Shown here piece by piece: positions 16,751 through 30,915 of a DNA stretch of 64,000 nucleotides; position 1 is the stretch's first letter; every line of letters starts with the position of its first letter. The stretch comes from the human T2T-CHM13v2.0 reference genome, Homo sapiens. The position numbers and the translations under genes are program-made. The notes beneath the pieces are model-generated. The model ran no database searches. It was not told where the DNA came from and saw only the letters and a list, made by a program, of their open reading frames with translations. The stretch lies in NCBI RefSeq assembly GCF_009914755.1, contig NC_060936.1; one strand, written 5' to 3'.

Positions 16751-17552
16751 GAGTGAGGTGGCAAGGACAGAAAAGTTGTTCTGGGGGAAGACAGAGACAA
16801 GAATTTGAACCCCCTGGGTGATACACTCATATCCCATGTTTCAACCTACTACATTTGTGACAGATTTGCTGTTTTGGTGTATGGAGGGGTGAGAGGTAGG
16901 ACTAGTCTTTACAGAGTCTTACATAGTACTTTTTGCCACATTTTTAGTACACAAAAAAGTCAATAAAGAGAAATAGAATACTGCAATATAAGTATAGGTA
17001 GATTAGCTTTGCTATATTTTCTAATTATTTTAGAAACTTAATAAGAAATATATTTTGTTGCTATATGATCAATGAAAACTCACCTGAGTTGTCTCCCATG
17101 TAACAGACACAGTTATGGTCAGATCAAATAAGGCTGTGAAACCATGAATTAAAAAATGAGATGAATGATTCTAAATAAGTGCTCTCTTAAGTTTTCCCTT
17201 TCATTTGTTCCCTGATGATGAAAACCAAAGGGCTGCAATATTAGTAGATCATGAATACCGGATACAATTTATAGCCCTAAGCAATAATGCTTTTGCATTT
17301 TCCAATATATATTCTTAGCCTTTTAATATATTTCTATTTAAAACACAAATTTATAAATTAAATTTCAAAAAGAAATATTTTAGGAGCAGAAAGAAATCAA
17401 AATGATTTTATTCTGAAGACTCTTCTGCATTTTAAGGCTAACTTCAATTTTATAGACCTTTCAGCTGAAGCATTGCAAAGTTTAATAAGGCATTCCAAGA
17501 AAATACATGTCCACATTTTATTTCCAACTTCTACTGCAACAGAAAAAATCAC

Positions 17553-17614
17553 CTGCACATTGTGCACATGTACCCTAGAACTTAAAGTATAATAAAAAAA
17601 TAAAAAATAAATAA
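17553..17614 (+). mobile_element. Extremely 5'-truncated L1PA4/5-type 3' tip
   Basis: ctgcacattgtgcacatgtaccctagaacttaaagtataataaaaaa; 10-bp TSD aaaaaatcac at 17543-17552 and 17615-17624. Confidence 0.9.
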
Positions 17615-18404
<790 letters not shown>

Positions 18405-19124
18405 AAAATTTGGATTGGATTGATAAGCAAGAGTTTGCTTGCTTACATTGGTTTTTACTAACATGACTTGCATGGGGAAAGAGAAACTAAAGGAGAGAAC
18501 GATTGTTATCAGGTGTAATTCTAGGCAACTCTTTGTGGTGTATCTTAAGCCATCACTTAATGTCACCCCTCTACAATTTCACTTAATGTAACTTCCTTGC
18601 ACTCTTCACTTAATTTCATTTCTATGCAGTTCGTGGAGAAAATAATTAAAAACTTAAACCATTATTCTTGGTCTTCATAGAATTCTAAACTAAAATGCAA
18701 ACTGCCTTGCATTATGTGTTATTTAGGAAGTGGTGTGCATGCTCTAAAATTAAATAGAGTGAAAGCAGAAAAATAATACAATTTTATAAAACTGTTTCAA
18801 ACAAAGAAATACATTTGTACTGATGAAAAATATGTCACTTAAAAATATTAACCAACTCAATCATTCTTAAAAACAAAGGAATACTTTACAAATTAGACAC
18901 AATTGCTTGGGATTGCTACATTCTCCACTTGGTAAGATTCTACTCTGATTCAAAATACGCAAATAGTTTGTTCAAAAATCTCTTCATTCACCACGTCTTT
19001 ACTTACTAGCACTTTTTAATCTAGTTCCTTTATTACTCATGCTCCCAAACTTTTTCTTCTCTTAAGCATATAAACCATGCTTTTTTTTTTTTTGACACTT
19101 TTAATTGTTTTAATTGCTTAGAAT

Positions 19125-19305
19125 TTTGCATGCTTTACCTTCTTTAATGCTAACAACCCTGCAGGGAGACAATATTGTTAGCCTCATTTCACAAGGGAGC
19201 TAAGCTACAGATAAACTGTCACTGGCTTGAATTTTTAGTGGTGCCCCTGGCATGAGCAGTCTGGTCCTAGAGTCCATGCTCTTAATCACTACGTGGTGTT
19301 ACCTC
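19125..19305 (-). mobile_element. MIR
   Basis: agtctggtcctagagtccatgctcttaatcactac is the antisense MIR 5' end. Confidence 0.7.
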
Positions 19306-19379
19306 CTATATGTCTTCTTAAGTAAAATATGTCATTCTTTTTTTTAATCCAGCTTTCACCCTAATTATACTGTGAACCT

Positions 19380-20580
19380 TTTATTTATCCATTTGGTTAC
19401 TAAATGTGCCGCTGTGCCAAGCACTGGAGATAAAGAGAAAAATAAAGCAAAACCCCTGTGCTCATTTAACTCACAAAGTAGTGAGGGAAGAAGCTATGAA
19501 GAACAGGCAGTAGGGGGAGTGCTATGGTAGACATAAATCCAGACTGTAGAGGCAAACAGAAGGAGCACTGTGCTGAGAGTCAGGTAAGGTTTCCTGACAA
19601 AAGTCATGCCAAGGTTGAGTGGTTTTAAAAAATATTTTATGTATTGAATTGACAAATAAAATTGTATATGTTTATCATGTGTTAGAAGTTGTTCTGAAAT
19701 ATGTATACATTGTGGAATGGCTAGATCAAGCTAACTAATATATGCATTACCTCACATACTTTTCATCTTTGTGGTGAGAATATTTAAATCTGCTCTCCTA
19801 GCAATTTTCAAGAACACAATACAGTTATTAACTAAAGCCACCGTGTGTTCATCAACGAATGGTAAAAGAAAATGTGGTGTAATATACCCAATGGAATACT
19901 ATTTAACCTAAACTGAATTTTGAGGAATGTGTAGGAGAAAGCTGGCCACTGGAAAAGTGAGGTGATAGGACATATCAGGCAGCCGTGTTACTTGTGTAAA
20001 CGCTGGGCAGTGAGACCAAGCATGGAGTTTTGTGGATGTACTAGTAGGTAAGTATGATTGAAGTATAAACTGTAAGGTGGGAAGCTGTCATAAATGAGGC
20101 TATGAAGAAAGTAGAAGACTTGTATGTAGGAATGGCATGATGACATTTGCACCTTAGAAAAATGGTTCTAAGGAAAGGACTGGGAATGGTTTGTTTGGGG
20201 AGCACTCCAGATTAGAGTGAAGGAGGCCTGTTGGGAGGCCATTGCAGTGAACTAGGAGAGAGACGACGGTCACCTCGAAGTAGCTATACCAAGGATGGGT
20301 AAAATGGCCAGATCGGATAGATGTAAAGACTGATTTGGAAATGATAACTTTTGGTGAACGATTGAATTTGGTGTTGGGGGAGAACAGAGAGAAATATGGT
20401 GGGATAACTAGGTTTTTATCTTGTACAATTTGACAGGTGGTGATGCTGATTACCAAGATAAAAGACTGAATAAAGCTCATAGGTTTAGTCTTGGACAGAT
20501 TAATTTGAAGTCTCTAAGTGACACCTGAGTGGAGAAATCAAGTAGTATTTGGGTGTATGATAAAGTTTGGAAGAAAGTTT
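19380..20580 (-). mobile_element. L2 (interrupted by L1MA at ~19625-19912)
   Basis: ctgtgccaagcactggagataaagag...ggaggcctgttgggaggccattgcagtg, antisense L2 motifs. Confidence 0.75.
19625..19912 (-). mobile_element. L1MA8/9-like 3' end with an inverted 5' segment
   Basis: 19625-19845 is an antisense L1MA 3' end; 19846-19912 is a sense L1 piece (catcaacgaatggtaaaagaaaatgtgg...atggaatactatt). Confidence 0.8.
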
Positions 20581-20639
20581 TGAAGATGAGTCTCTCTGAG
20601 GACAGGAATCTTTTCATATTAAAAAGTATTTGGCATATA

Positions 20640-20960
20640 CAGCCAACCCTTCATATTTGAGGGATCTGCATCCAGAGATTCAATCAATCATAGATCAAAA
20701 ATATTTTAAAAAATAATTAAATAATAAAATTTAATAACACATCAATACAAATAATACAAATAAAAAAAATGCAATATAACAATGATGTAAATGGTATTTA
20801 CATTGTATTAGGTATAATAACCTGGAGGTGATGGAAAGTATACAGGAGGATATGCATAGGTTATGTACCAAAACAACATTTTATATAAGGGACTTGAGTA
20901 TTGGCAGATTTTGGTAACGTCAAGGGTCCTGGAACCAATGCAGTTAACAAGGGACAACTG
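20640..20960 (+). mobile_element. MER2-type (TcMar-Tigger) non-autonomous DNA transposon
   Basis: TIRs cagccaaccctt / aagggacaactg, TA TSD on both sides, internal atttacattgtattaggtat...ttatataagggacttgag. Confidence 0.9.
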
Positions 20961-21764
20961 TAATATTTGAGCACAAAATTTGACAAACAAAATTTTGTTT
21001 TGTAAATACTTGCTATATCATTTATGTAAAAGTCCAGTTCTTCCAAAGGTTGGACTCTTGTGAGCACTACAAGTAAAAATACTTTTATTAATATTCCTAT
21101 AAGTTTCTGAATTTTCTTTTGATGTGATATTATCAGATATGTCAAGAAATTCCTTCTGTCTCAGCAATGATTGAGCCAAGATGTGAAGGTTAGCAGGAGT
21201 TAACTAGGAAAAGGGGGCTGTGGAAAATGTTTCAGCACGCAAAGACATTGAAGTTATGATTTAAATTGGACTTGACTTTTCAATACCTGAAAATGTAATG
21301 GTTCTAATATGTGAAAATGATCAGAAAGATAAGTATCTGCAAGAGATATCTAGAAGCAAAAAATGAAGATTCCAAAAAACATATTTGAAAGCAGAGGTGG
21401 GAAATAGAAAAATGTTTTTTGTTGATTGTATTTTGCAGTGTTCAGCTTGTTCAATCAGCCAACTTAATAAAAATAAAAATTTCTTGTAAATCTAGTAGAA
21501 ACGTTTTCTTGGCCAAAAAATATTCACCCATGCAAGTGGAACTATTGTTAAACAATGTTTAAGTGATGTTAGTTTGTTTGGTGCACTCATATTTGTTCTT
21601 GGACCTTCACTTCTGTTTAGGCATTGAAGGAACTGTAGTACTTTATGCCAAAGAACTAAGGGACTAGAAAGCCAGTCTGTCATTTACTTATATCCATCAA
21701 CCAATATGTATATTTTGAGAACCTATCTTGACAAAGGGTGCTATCAGAAAGATATTACCTTTAA

Positions 21765-21905
21765 AGTATACATGTATTATATGTAAAAAATACAGTAATG
21801 TATGCATTACATATGTAAATTCATATATGTATATGAAATATATATGTACCTATATGAATATAAAAAGAAATCCAGTAATATATGTGTATATATGTATGTG
21901 TGTAC
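21765..21905. repeat. TA-rich low-complexity tract
   Basis: Degenerate (TATATG)n. Confidence 0.7.
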
Positions 21906-23499
21906 TATTTCTGTTTGCAGGAAATAGCATGATGTTTCACATTGGTGCACAAGAGTAGGGAAAGCTGTAATAACGTGCATATGTTTTTGTCCTAAAAGGA
22001 GCTTGTGAAAATCTAGATTTGCTTCAACAATATGAACAGATTAGAAAATGGCTTTGGAATTTACTTTATTGAAAAATGGTTCAGTAATGGCAACTTCTAA
22101 ATAGGAAATTGCACACATTTCTTGAAAATGGAATTAAATTTGCAAAAGGCTTATTGGGGACACATCTGTTATGCAAAGCAAAGTGTAGCTGTTCAGTGAG
22201 TAGGAAAGCAGTATGGCCATGCTTGACTCCTTCATGACTTGGAGGAGAGAAGACATAGTCATCCAGGTGCTCCGTTTACTTCCAAACATCTGAGCAAGCT
22301 TTTTTTTTTCCCAAAGATCTAAATGAATTTTCTGAAAGATACTAGTAAACGCATCAATTAGAGTAATGTTTTCTTTTAGTGACCAATGTAAAATAATTTA
22401 TAATCAGTTGCTATGGCTTTGTTATAGAACCTATGTTAACGCATGGTGTTTGGCTATCATAAAATATTTCATATAGCTTAAATTATATAGATGGCTCTGT
22501 CCCATTTGGCATCTTTCATTAATAATTGTATGTAAAGCTATGTCTCATGATTATATGCGATAATGGTGTACATTTTTTCTTATAAGTCAAGCAATGAATT
22601 AATTGGGAAAGAGTTTGTTCTATAACCAAACTAGATGCTTTCTATAGTCATATATATGATATTATGTAGAAAAACACAGTAGAGGCTGGCTAAATTGTGC
22701 TTTACATTTCATTCAGACATAGTGGTGTTTATTTTCGCTTTAGGACATAGGGAAGAATCAGACTCAATATATAGTTCTTCACTGACTAATTTAGAAATTG
22801 CCAAAGTTTGTGTTGTTCACTAGAAAAATTAGGTGATAAATTTAAACGGTTGTTCACATAAGCAGCTTCAAACAAATTGTTATTGAAGACAAAATAAGAT
22901 TGGCCAGAATGATCATATTTGTTGCCCTCATTGATTTAAATCCCTAGATAAAATTCAAAATTTCATTTCATATTTCCTTTCAACATATATTGGGAAATGA
23001 TTTTTGATTTTCCAATATCAAATAATGCTATCTGTCAGCAACAAAATATTTATTAACATTTATTAAACACAAATAGAACACTTATTAAAACACAATGCTT
23101 TAGAAAGTCCATCTCTTAAGGTTGGTAATACAAGGTGAATAGCTCAGTATCTTACCAAAAGTATATTTAGTTGAAAATGTAATTTATTCAAAGATGACAG
23201 TGCAATTAATTGTGGAAACACTGATGTGCTAAATAGAGAACACTGAAGATACAAAGAAAAATGAAAGCACAGAAGAAACCAAATGAGTGTTTTGTTCAAA
23301 ACATTTATGTATACATAGACACTTCCAAAATATTTTTAAGATAAATGAATAATTTAATTGTATTTGTAGTCTACTTAGCTATTCACAGACCCTTTTGTTA
23401 AAGTTTGCTCTTTCTCACACCCATGGTCTTCTGGTCTGTCCCTTGTGCCTTCACTTAAAAGTAAGCTCAAGTACAAAATCTCTAAAATATTCTCTCTTG

Positions 23500-24100
<601 letters not shown>

Positions 24101-24463
24101 TTTCCTCCCCATATTCATTATCAAATTGACATCAATGTTAAAAAATTATTTAATTCTGATGCAAAGTGACATAATGGACACTTTGATATATTTTATGTTT
24201 CTAAGAAGGAAAGTAATGCTGCAGACAACTTAGCAACTGAATCGGAAGACTCCAGCATATCCGTTGCCTTCAGTTAATAATTTTATTACTGGATGTATAC
24301 TTTAATGAACTAATTATACCTATAGAGTAATCTTTTATGTTATCTATGACTTTGAAAAAATTGAAATAACTCAAGTGCCTAAAAAGGGCAATAATTTTGA
24401 AATTTGTAGAATCTGTATTTGATATAATATTATTTCATTAAAAGTAATATTTATGAAAGTATA

Positions 24464-24870
<407 letters not shown>

Positions 24871-26593
24871 TTAAGGATGAAACGTACATCAAAATGTGAG
24901 AATTGATAATTTCTGAATAGTGGCCCTGAGAATTATGATCAATTTTCTATTTATAGCTATAATTATTTTCTACATTTCTTGCTTTAGTTTTACAATCTCT
25001 CAATACATTTAGAAATGGTGTAGATAGCATTTATAATTTCTCACACTCCTGAAATTCTATGATTACCAGTTAGCTAGCGATAGTAGAACAAATGTTCTTA
25101 CAGATAGCAGCTATTGCTACAGTTTTTGCAAGGCTCATGGTTTTGCTATGTTTTGGTAGTAGTGTGGCTTTATTGCTGCTGCTGATTCTCCAATTAAACA
25201 GGGCAATCACCTGAAAGCCCTATTAAATGCCTTGCCTTTTCCAAAGGAATTAACTATCAGTAAAGTGAAGAAACACCCCCCAAAAAAAGACTCTAGAAGC
25301 AAAGTGTAATGCTTGATCAAATTATAATACTACCCAGGCTGTTTTTAACACACTCCTAGACTAACAAGTCTAAAAATCAGAGCCATAACTAATTTCTGAC
25401 TTTTGGCATCAGGTCTTTTAGTCAACTCTAGCCTCAAGCACCTGATTCTAAAGAAACAAGTTAGGAAATATAGGATTTGCTTCACTCAGTCTCTAACGTT
25501 GCCAAGATGTCTGTTTAGTCCACCCCGGGATGCTCAAATAGGAAAACTTCAAACACATAACAGATGACTCCTGTGATGCCTCATCTGTCAAATGCACAAT
25601 CCTGGCAAAACTGCAAAGGTGAAACGTGTACATGAGTTAAACTTTTAGGCTCTTTTGAAGAACAACAAATGGATTTTCTTTATTTACCCCTTGTGTGTTT
25701 TTGGATATATTAATATTGTCTGCCTGGTTTTGGTTGGCTAGAAGCCTTTTCTTGATGTAAAGCAGCAAAAAAGCTTTTAGACTTTGTACTTCTCAATTGA
25801 GGAACCCTAAACTCTTTGCCTACTGATACAGGTATACATTTTGCTAGGGAAGTAATTTAGGAACTATGTGAAACTCTGCATGTCACCAAGAAACTTCACT
25901 GCCCCTACCACTTCCTGAACGAAAATAGAATAAATGAATGGCATTTTAAAACTGAAACTTGAAAATGTCTCTAAGAAATTTCAGTCATCATGACTAAAGT
26001 ATTTTCCCTTAGCTATAGGTCGATGCTGACAGAAATGTACAGCCATCTGGCGATTTCACCACTAATCCCTCACTCTCCCACTTTTGTAGGTATACATGGT
26101 CAAATAGTATATAGGCTTAATTTAAGATGCTCAGTCTATTATCAGCTATCTTTTCCCTGGGACAAACTGTAGGAATGACTGCATAACTTTCAGCTAGGTA
26201 TCTGGTTTACTGGAATTGACACCATTAAAAGTTGCTCTTGAATCTCATTAGAAGATACTTTATCAGTCATTGTTAAACACACACAGTGCAGTAAAACTCT
26301 AGGGAATCAACCCTTTTCTTCACATTTTCTTGCTAAAAGGACAGTATATAACCACTTCCTGGACTTCCATGATAATGGAAGATCTTAAACTGGGACTATC
26401 TCAAGATTGTCCAAAAGCAGCCAGCATCAGAACATAGACATCTTTCCAAAGAACCTCGGATCAAGCAACAGATTACTAAACATGGATAGATTCCATCCAA
26501 GACCAAAAGGTCAAGATTCTCAAATGCCTGGAATCACTGAGCAACACTCCCTTCTTAGTTGCTTTTACCCTCTTGGAGTTTTCCTCCTTCTGT

Positions 26594-26680
26594 TTCTGAT
26601 TACTACAAGGAGATTCTTAAAATTTTTCCCCCTCTTATTCTGATTACTAAAATGAGATTCTTAAAATTCAGAACATCTTA
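26594..26680. repeat. Two-copy direct repeat, period 44
   Basis: ttctgattactacaaggagattcttaaaatt / ttctgattactaaaatgagattcttaaaatt. Confidence 0.85.
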
Positions 26681-26704
26681 TTATTCTGTCAAAGTCAGGA
26701 GTAG

Positions 26705-27080
<376 letters not shown>

Positions 27081-27216
27081 TTATTATCCTGGCTGATCCC
27101 ACAGGAAGCAGGACTTGGCTGAAAGATACCATCCAAGGCTTCCTTTGATCACTTTTGTTTCAACATTTGTTTGCTATATTATGTCCAGAATTTTAAATAT
27201 TCCATGTAAGTACTCA

Positions 27217-27547
<331 letters not shown>

Positions 27548-28042
27548 CCAATGACGAAGACAAAAGTTATAAGAAATACTTTTGGAAGTCACCAAGGAGT
27601 CTGGGATTATAACTGACAGACTGTTATAGATCTGACAGATTGTACGAAGTTATAGTCAAGCAATGAAACTCGGTCTCCTCCTTGACCAAAAGATTATGGG
27701 AGACCTTGAAGGACTGAAAATTTTTGCTGTGACGCTCACATGTCATTGGATCGTGCATCTATTTCTCTCCTACACCACTTGATAAACAAATTGCCCAGCC
27801 ATCTCTTTATTAAAGTACAAAAACCATTTCACTATTTTCCAATTACTTTTTTGACTGCTATTGCAGAAACAGATGAACAACTAACCCCTATTACCGAAGG
27901 TCTATAAAAAAAGCATCCCTTCTTCCTTAAGACACCACACTCCTTTGGGGCATTCTTGTGTTTCAGAATTCTAAAGAAAAGCTTATGTTTAACTGTATTC
28001 TGGTTATTTTTTTCCCACAGTGTGATTAAAACTGTTTATTTC

Positions 28043-28379
<337 letters not shown>

Positions 28380-28617
28380 TCAATTTGGAAATTTTTAAAG
28401 TTTTCTTTTCTCATTGAACATTTTATATTAGCATTTTTTTTCTGTAATCAGTATTTGTTGCTAAGATCTTCAAAACAAATGAAAAAAATATTGGAAATTA
28501 CCCAGAAATTTAGCCCAAGAAATAACTATCCGAGTGATTGACTATTATAAAAAATTATTTGATCTATTTTCACAGATTAAAATCATCGAATAAATGTCAA
28601 CTCTCCTATTCAGTTTT

Positions 28618-28767
28618 TTTTTGTTTTTTTTTTTTTTTTTTTTTTTTTTTTTCAGTTTTAAGGAGCAGGGAGTTTAATAGGCAAGAAAGAAGGGGGAAGA
28701 AAGAAAGAAGAAGCTCCCCCGTACAGAGACAGAGGGAGGGTCGCTCCAAAGCCGAGAGACAGAACCC
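28618..28767 (-). mobile_element. L1-mediated retrocopy of an ERV1 LTR R-region (MER61-like) with poly(A)
   Basis: Poly(T) to 28652; 115-nt LTR-like body 28653-28767 with ATTAAA on the minus strand (28673-28678); perfect 15-bp TSD ctcctattcagtttt at 28603-28617 and 28768-28782. Confidence 0.8.
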
Positions 28768-29164
28768 CTCCTATTCAGTTTTAATATGGGAGAAAGGCTA
28801 TTGAGGTTAGGCTCTTTAGAGATGAACAAACGTGGGTTACAAACCAAACTCCTCCATGATCTATTTGTGATCTTGGACATGATCTTTAATTCTTTGAGAT
28901 GGAATTTTGTTGCCAATGAAACTTGTATCCAGAAAGAAAGATGACTTACTTAAATCCATAAACATAGATAATGTGATAATTCAGTTTCTTAATTCCTGCT
29001 ATTTACTTCCCTACCTCATGGCCTCCTACACCTGGCATCCAGTCTGCCAATGATCAAAAGATAGGCAGTTAAATAATTATTTACATATAAACGTCTTTAG
29101 GTATTACATGTTATAATCTAATCTAAATGCTACTCCCTTGTCAGAGGCTATTAACACATAATTT

Positions 29165-29690
29165 TCACTTCTTCAACAAATATTTATTGAGAGGTCACTG
29201 TTCTAGGCACTAGGAAAGCACCAGTGAACAAGAGAGGATAAAGTCCCCGCTCTTGCGAACACCAGGATCTATGGGGATGATGGCAAAATGAATGTGTCCA
29301 ATAGTATGAAGGGGAGGATGGAGAAATGAATGTGTCCAACAGTATTAAGTGCTAAATAAATAAATACACAACACAGGGTAAAGGTATAGAGGGAGATGGA
29401 GGTGTTGTTATAGACATGGTAGTCAAAGAAGTCCTCATGGAGAAGGTACCATTTGAGCAAGCCCCCAGTGAAGTCAGGGAGGGAGCTTGTGACTATCAAG
29501 AGGAACCATGCTCCAGGAAGAGGTAAGAGCAGTATGACAGCCCATGAGGAAGGCTGCTGGGTGTATTTGAGGAAAGTAAGCTGAGCCCAGTGTGTAGGGG
29601 AAGAGAGGGAGGAAATGGGGTCAGAGAGGTTGCAAGGGGACGTATCAAGTAGGACTTTATAGATCAAGGTAAGACATTTAGATGCAATTA
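29165..29690 (-). mobile_element. L2a 3' fragment containing a 38-bp tandem duplication (29273-29348)
   Basis: ttcaacaaatatttattgag...cactgttctaggcactagg; duplicated gggga(t/g)gatgg..aaatgaatgtgtccaa(t/c)agtat. Confidence 0.85.
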
Positions 29691-30109
29691 ATCTAAGAAT
29701 GCAATTAAGCCTGGAAAAATAAAACGCTATTAAAAAATTAAGAGTCAAATGTGTGGTTTTCTAGAGTGGGGTAGTGTGATGGTGGCTACCATTTACAATG
29801 TGTTATTGAATTAATCTTAATAATGATATTTTTATTATCTTATTTAAATAAGCCCTTATTTTAATAGATGTTGCATATATTCATGTCCTAAGAATGATGT
29901 GGATTGCAGAAATAAAAAGTCATTAAAATTCAGTTAATTTTGGTTATCTGAAGACAAACAAAAGTTATTAAAATTAGATCCAGCTTAAATGTACAATTAT
30001 CTTGTTCAAAATGGAATTTTTTTCAAGAAAGTGATGAGAAATGATATTTGAGAAAGTCTAAAATATTAAGTGATAAAGTAGAAACAGATTTTTCTTCTTA
30101 TTCCTGTTC

Positions 30110-30915
30110 CTATTCCTACTTACTAAATCCTTAGCCACATTATTTAACCTCTCTAAGCCTGAATTTCCTCATCTTCAATATGGTGATAATAATACCTTTG
30201 CTAGGGCTCAAATGTGATACCCCAAAGAATGGCACCTTGGCATGCTGAGTACTTTGATCTAAAGAAAATGGAAAAAGCCTCACAAACAAGGTCGTTCTGA
30301 CCTTCTCTCATCTTCTTGTCTCTTGCTCCTCTTTCTCCCCTAAAGTTAATGATAGAAACCAGAATTCCCCTTCCCCAAGGCAGGGCATAGAAACTAGAAC
30401 CCCTCTCCCCCAAAGCAAGTCATAAAACCTAGAAAGGTCACTCTGTCTCTTCTCCCATGAAGACCCTCATTCTAAAGGAATCCTGCCCCATATCTGGGAA
30501 AAAGGAATGCTATACCTAGAGGTCAAGAAGAATTCAAACAGAGAGGCCTTGCTGGGTACCCCCTTGTTTATTATCATTAGATCAGACCTTTTGGTCCAAT
30601 CCATTTCTGCATGGCTGTCCATTCTTCATCAAACCTAAGCATGAAAATAGACAGCGTTACCTGGGTTTTTAGATTTTCATTGCTGAAGTTTCCTGTGTCA
30701 TGCAAAATTTTGATTAAGTAAATTTGTTATGCTATTTTTTTGTTCACCTGTCTTTTCCTATAGGAGTGTTAGCCATGACACTCATGATGGGTGAGGAAAG
30801 GTATCACACATTTCCACCCCACACCTTCTTCAGGAAATTGACCAGAGTCATCAAAATAATACTTGTGAGATGTTTGGAATAATACCTGACATAGTAAATG
30901 CTAAGTAACTGTTAC
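30110..30915 (+). mobile_element. MIR split by a solo LTR
   Basis: ttatttaacctctctaagcctgaatttcctcatct...aataatac, resuming after the LTR with acctgacatagtaaatgct. Confidence 0.7.
30199..30823 (+). mobile_element. ERV1 MER4-group solo LTR (MER39-like)
   Basis: TG...CA termini, gataccccaaag...ggcatgctgagtactttga; perfect 4-bp TSD cctt. Confidence 0.88.

Noticed and set aside
26594-26680. CRISPR-like repeat-spacer pattern
   Set aside because: Only two copies, in primate DNA, with no cas genes.
29269-29748. 159-aa ORF
   Set aside because: It lies in an L2 3' region and has no recognisable domain; pyrimidine-rich strands give chance ORFs.
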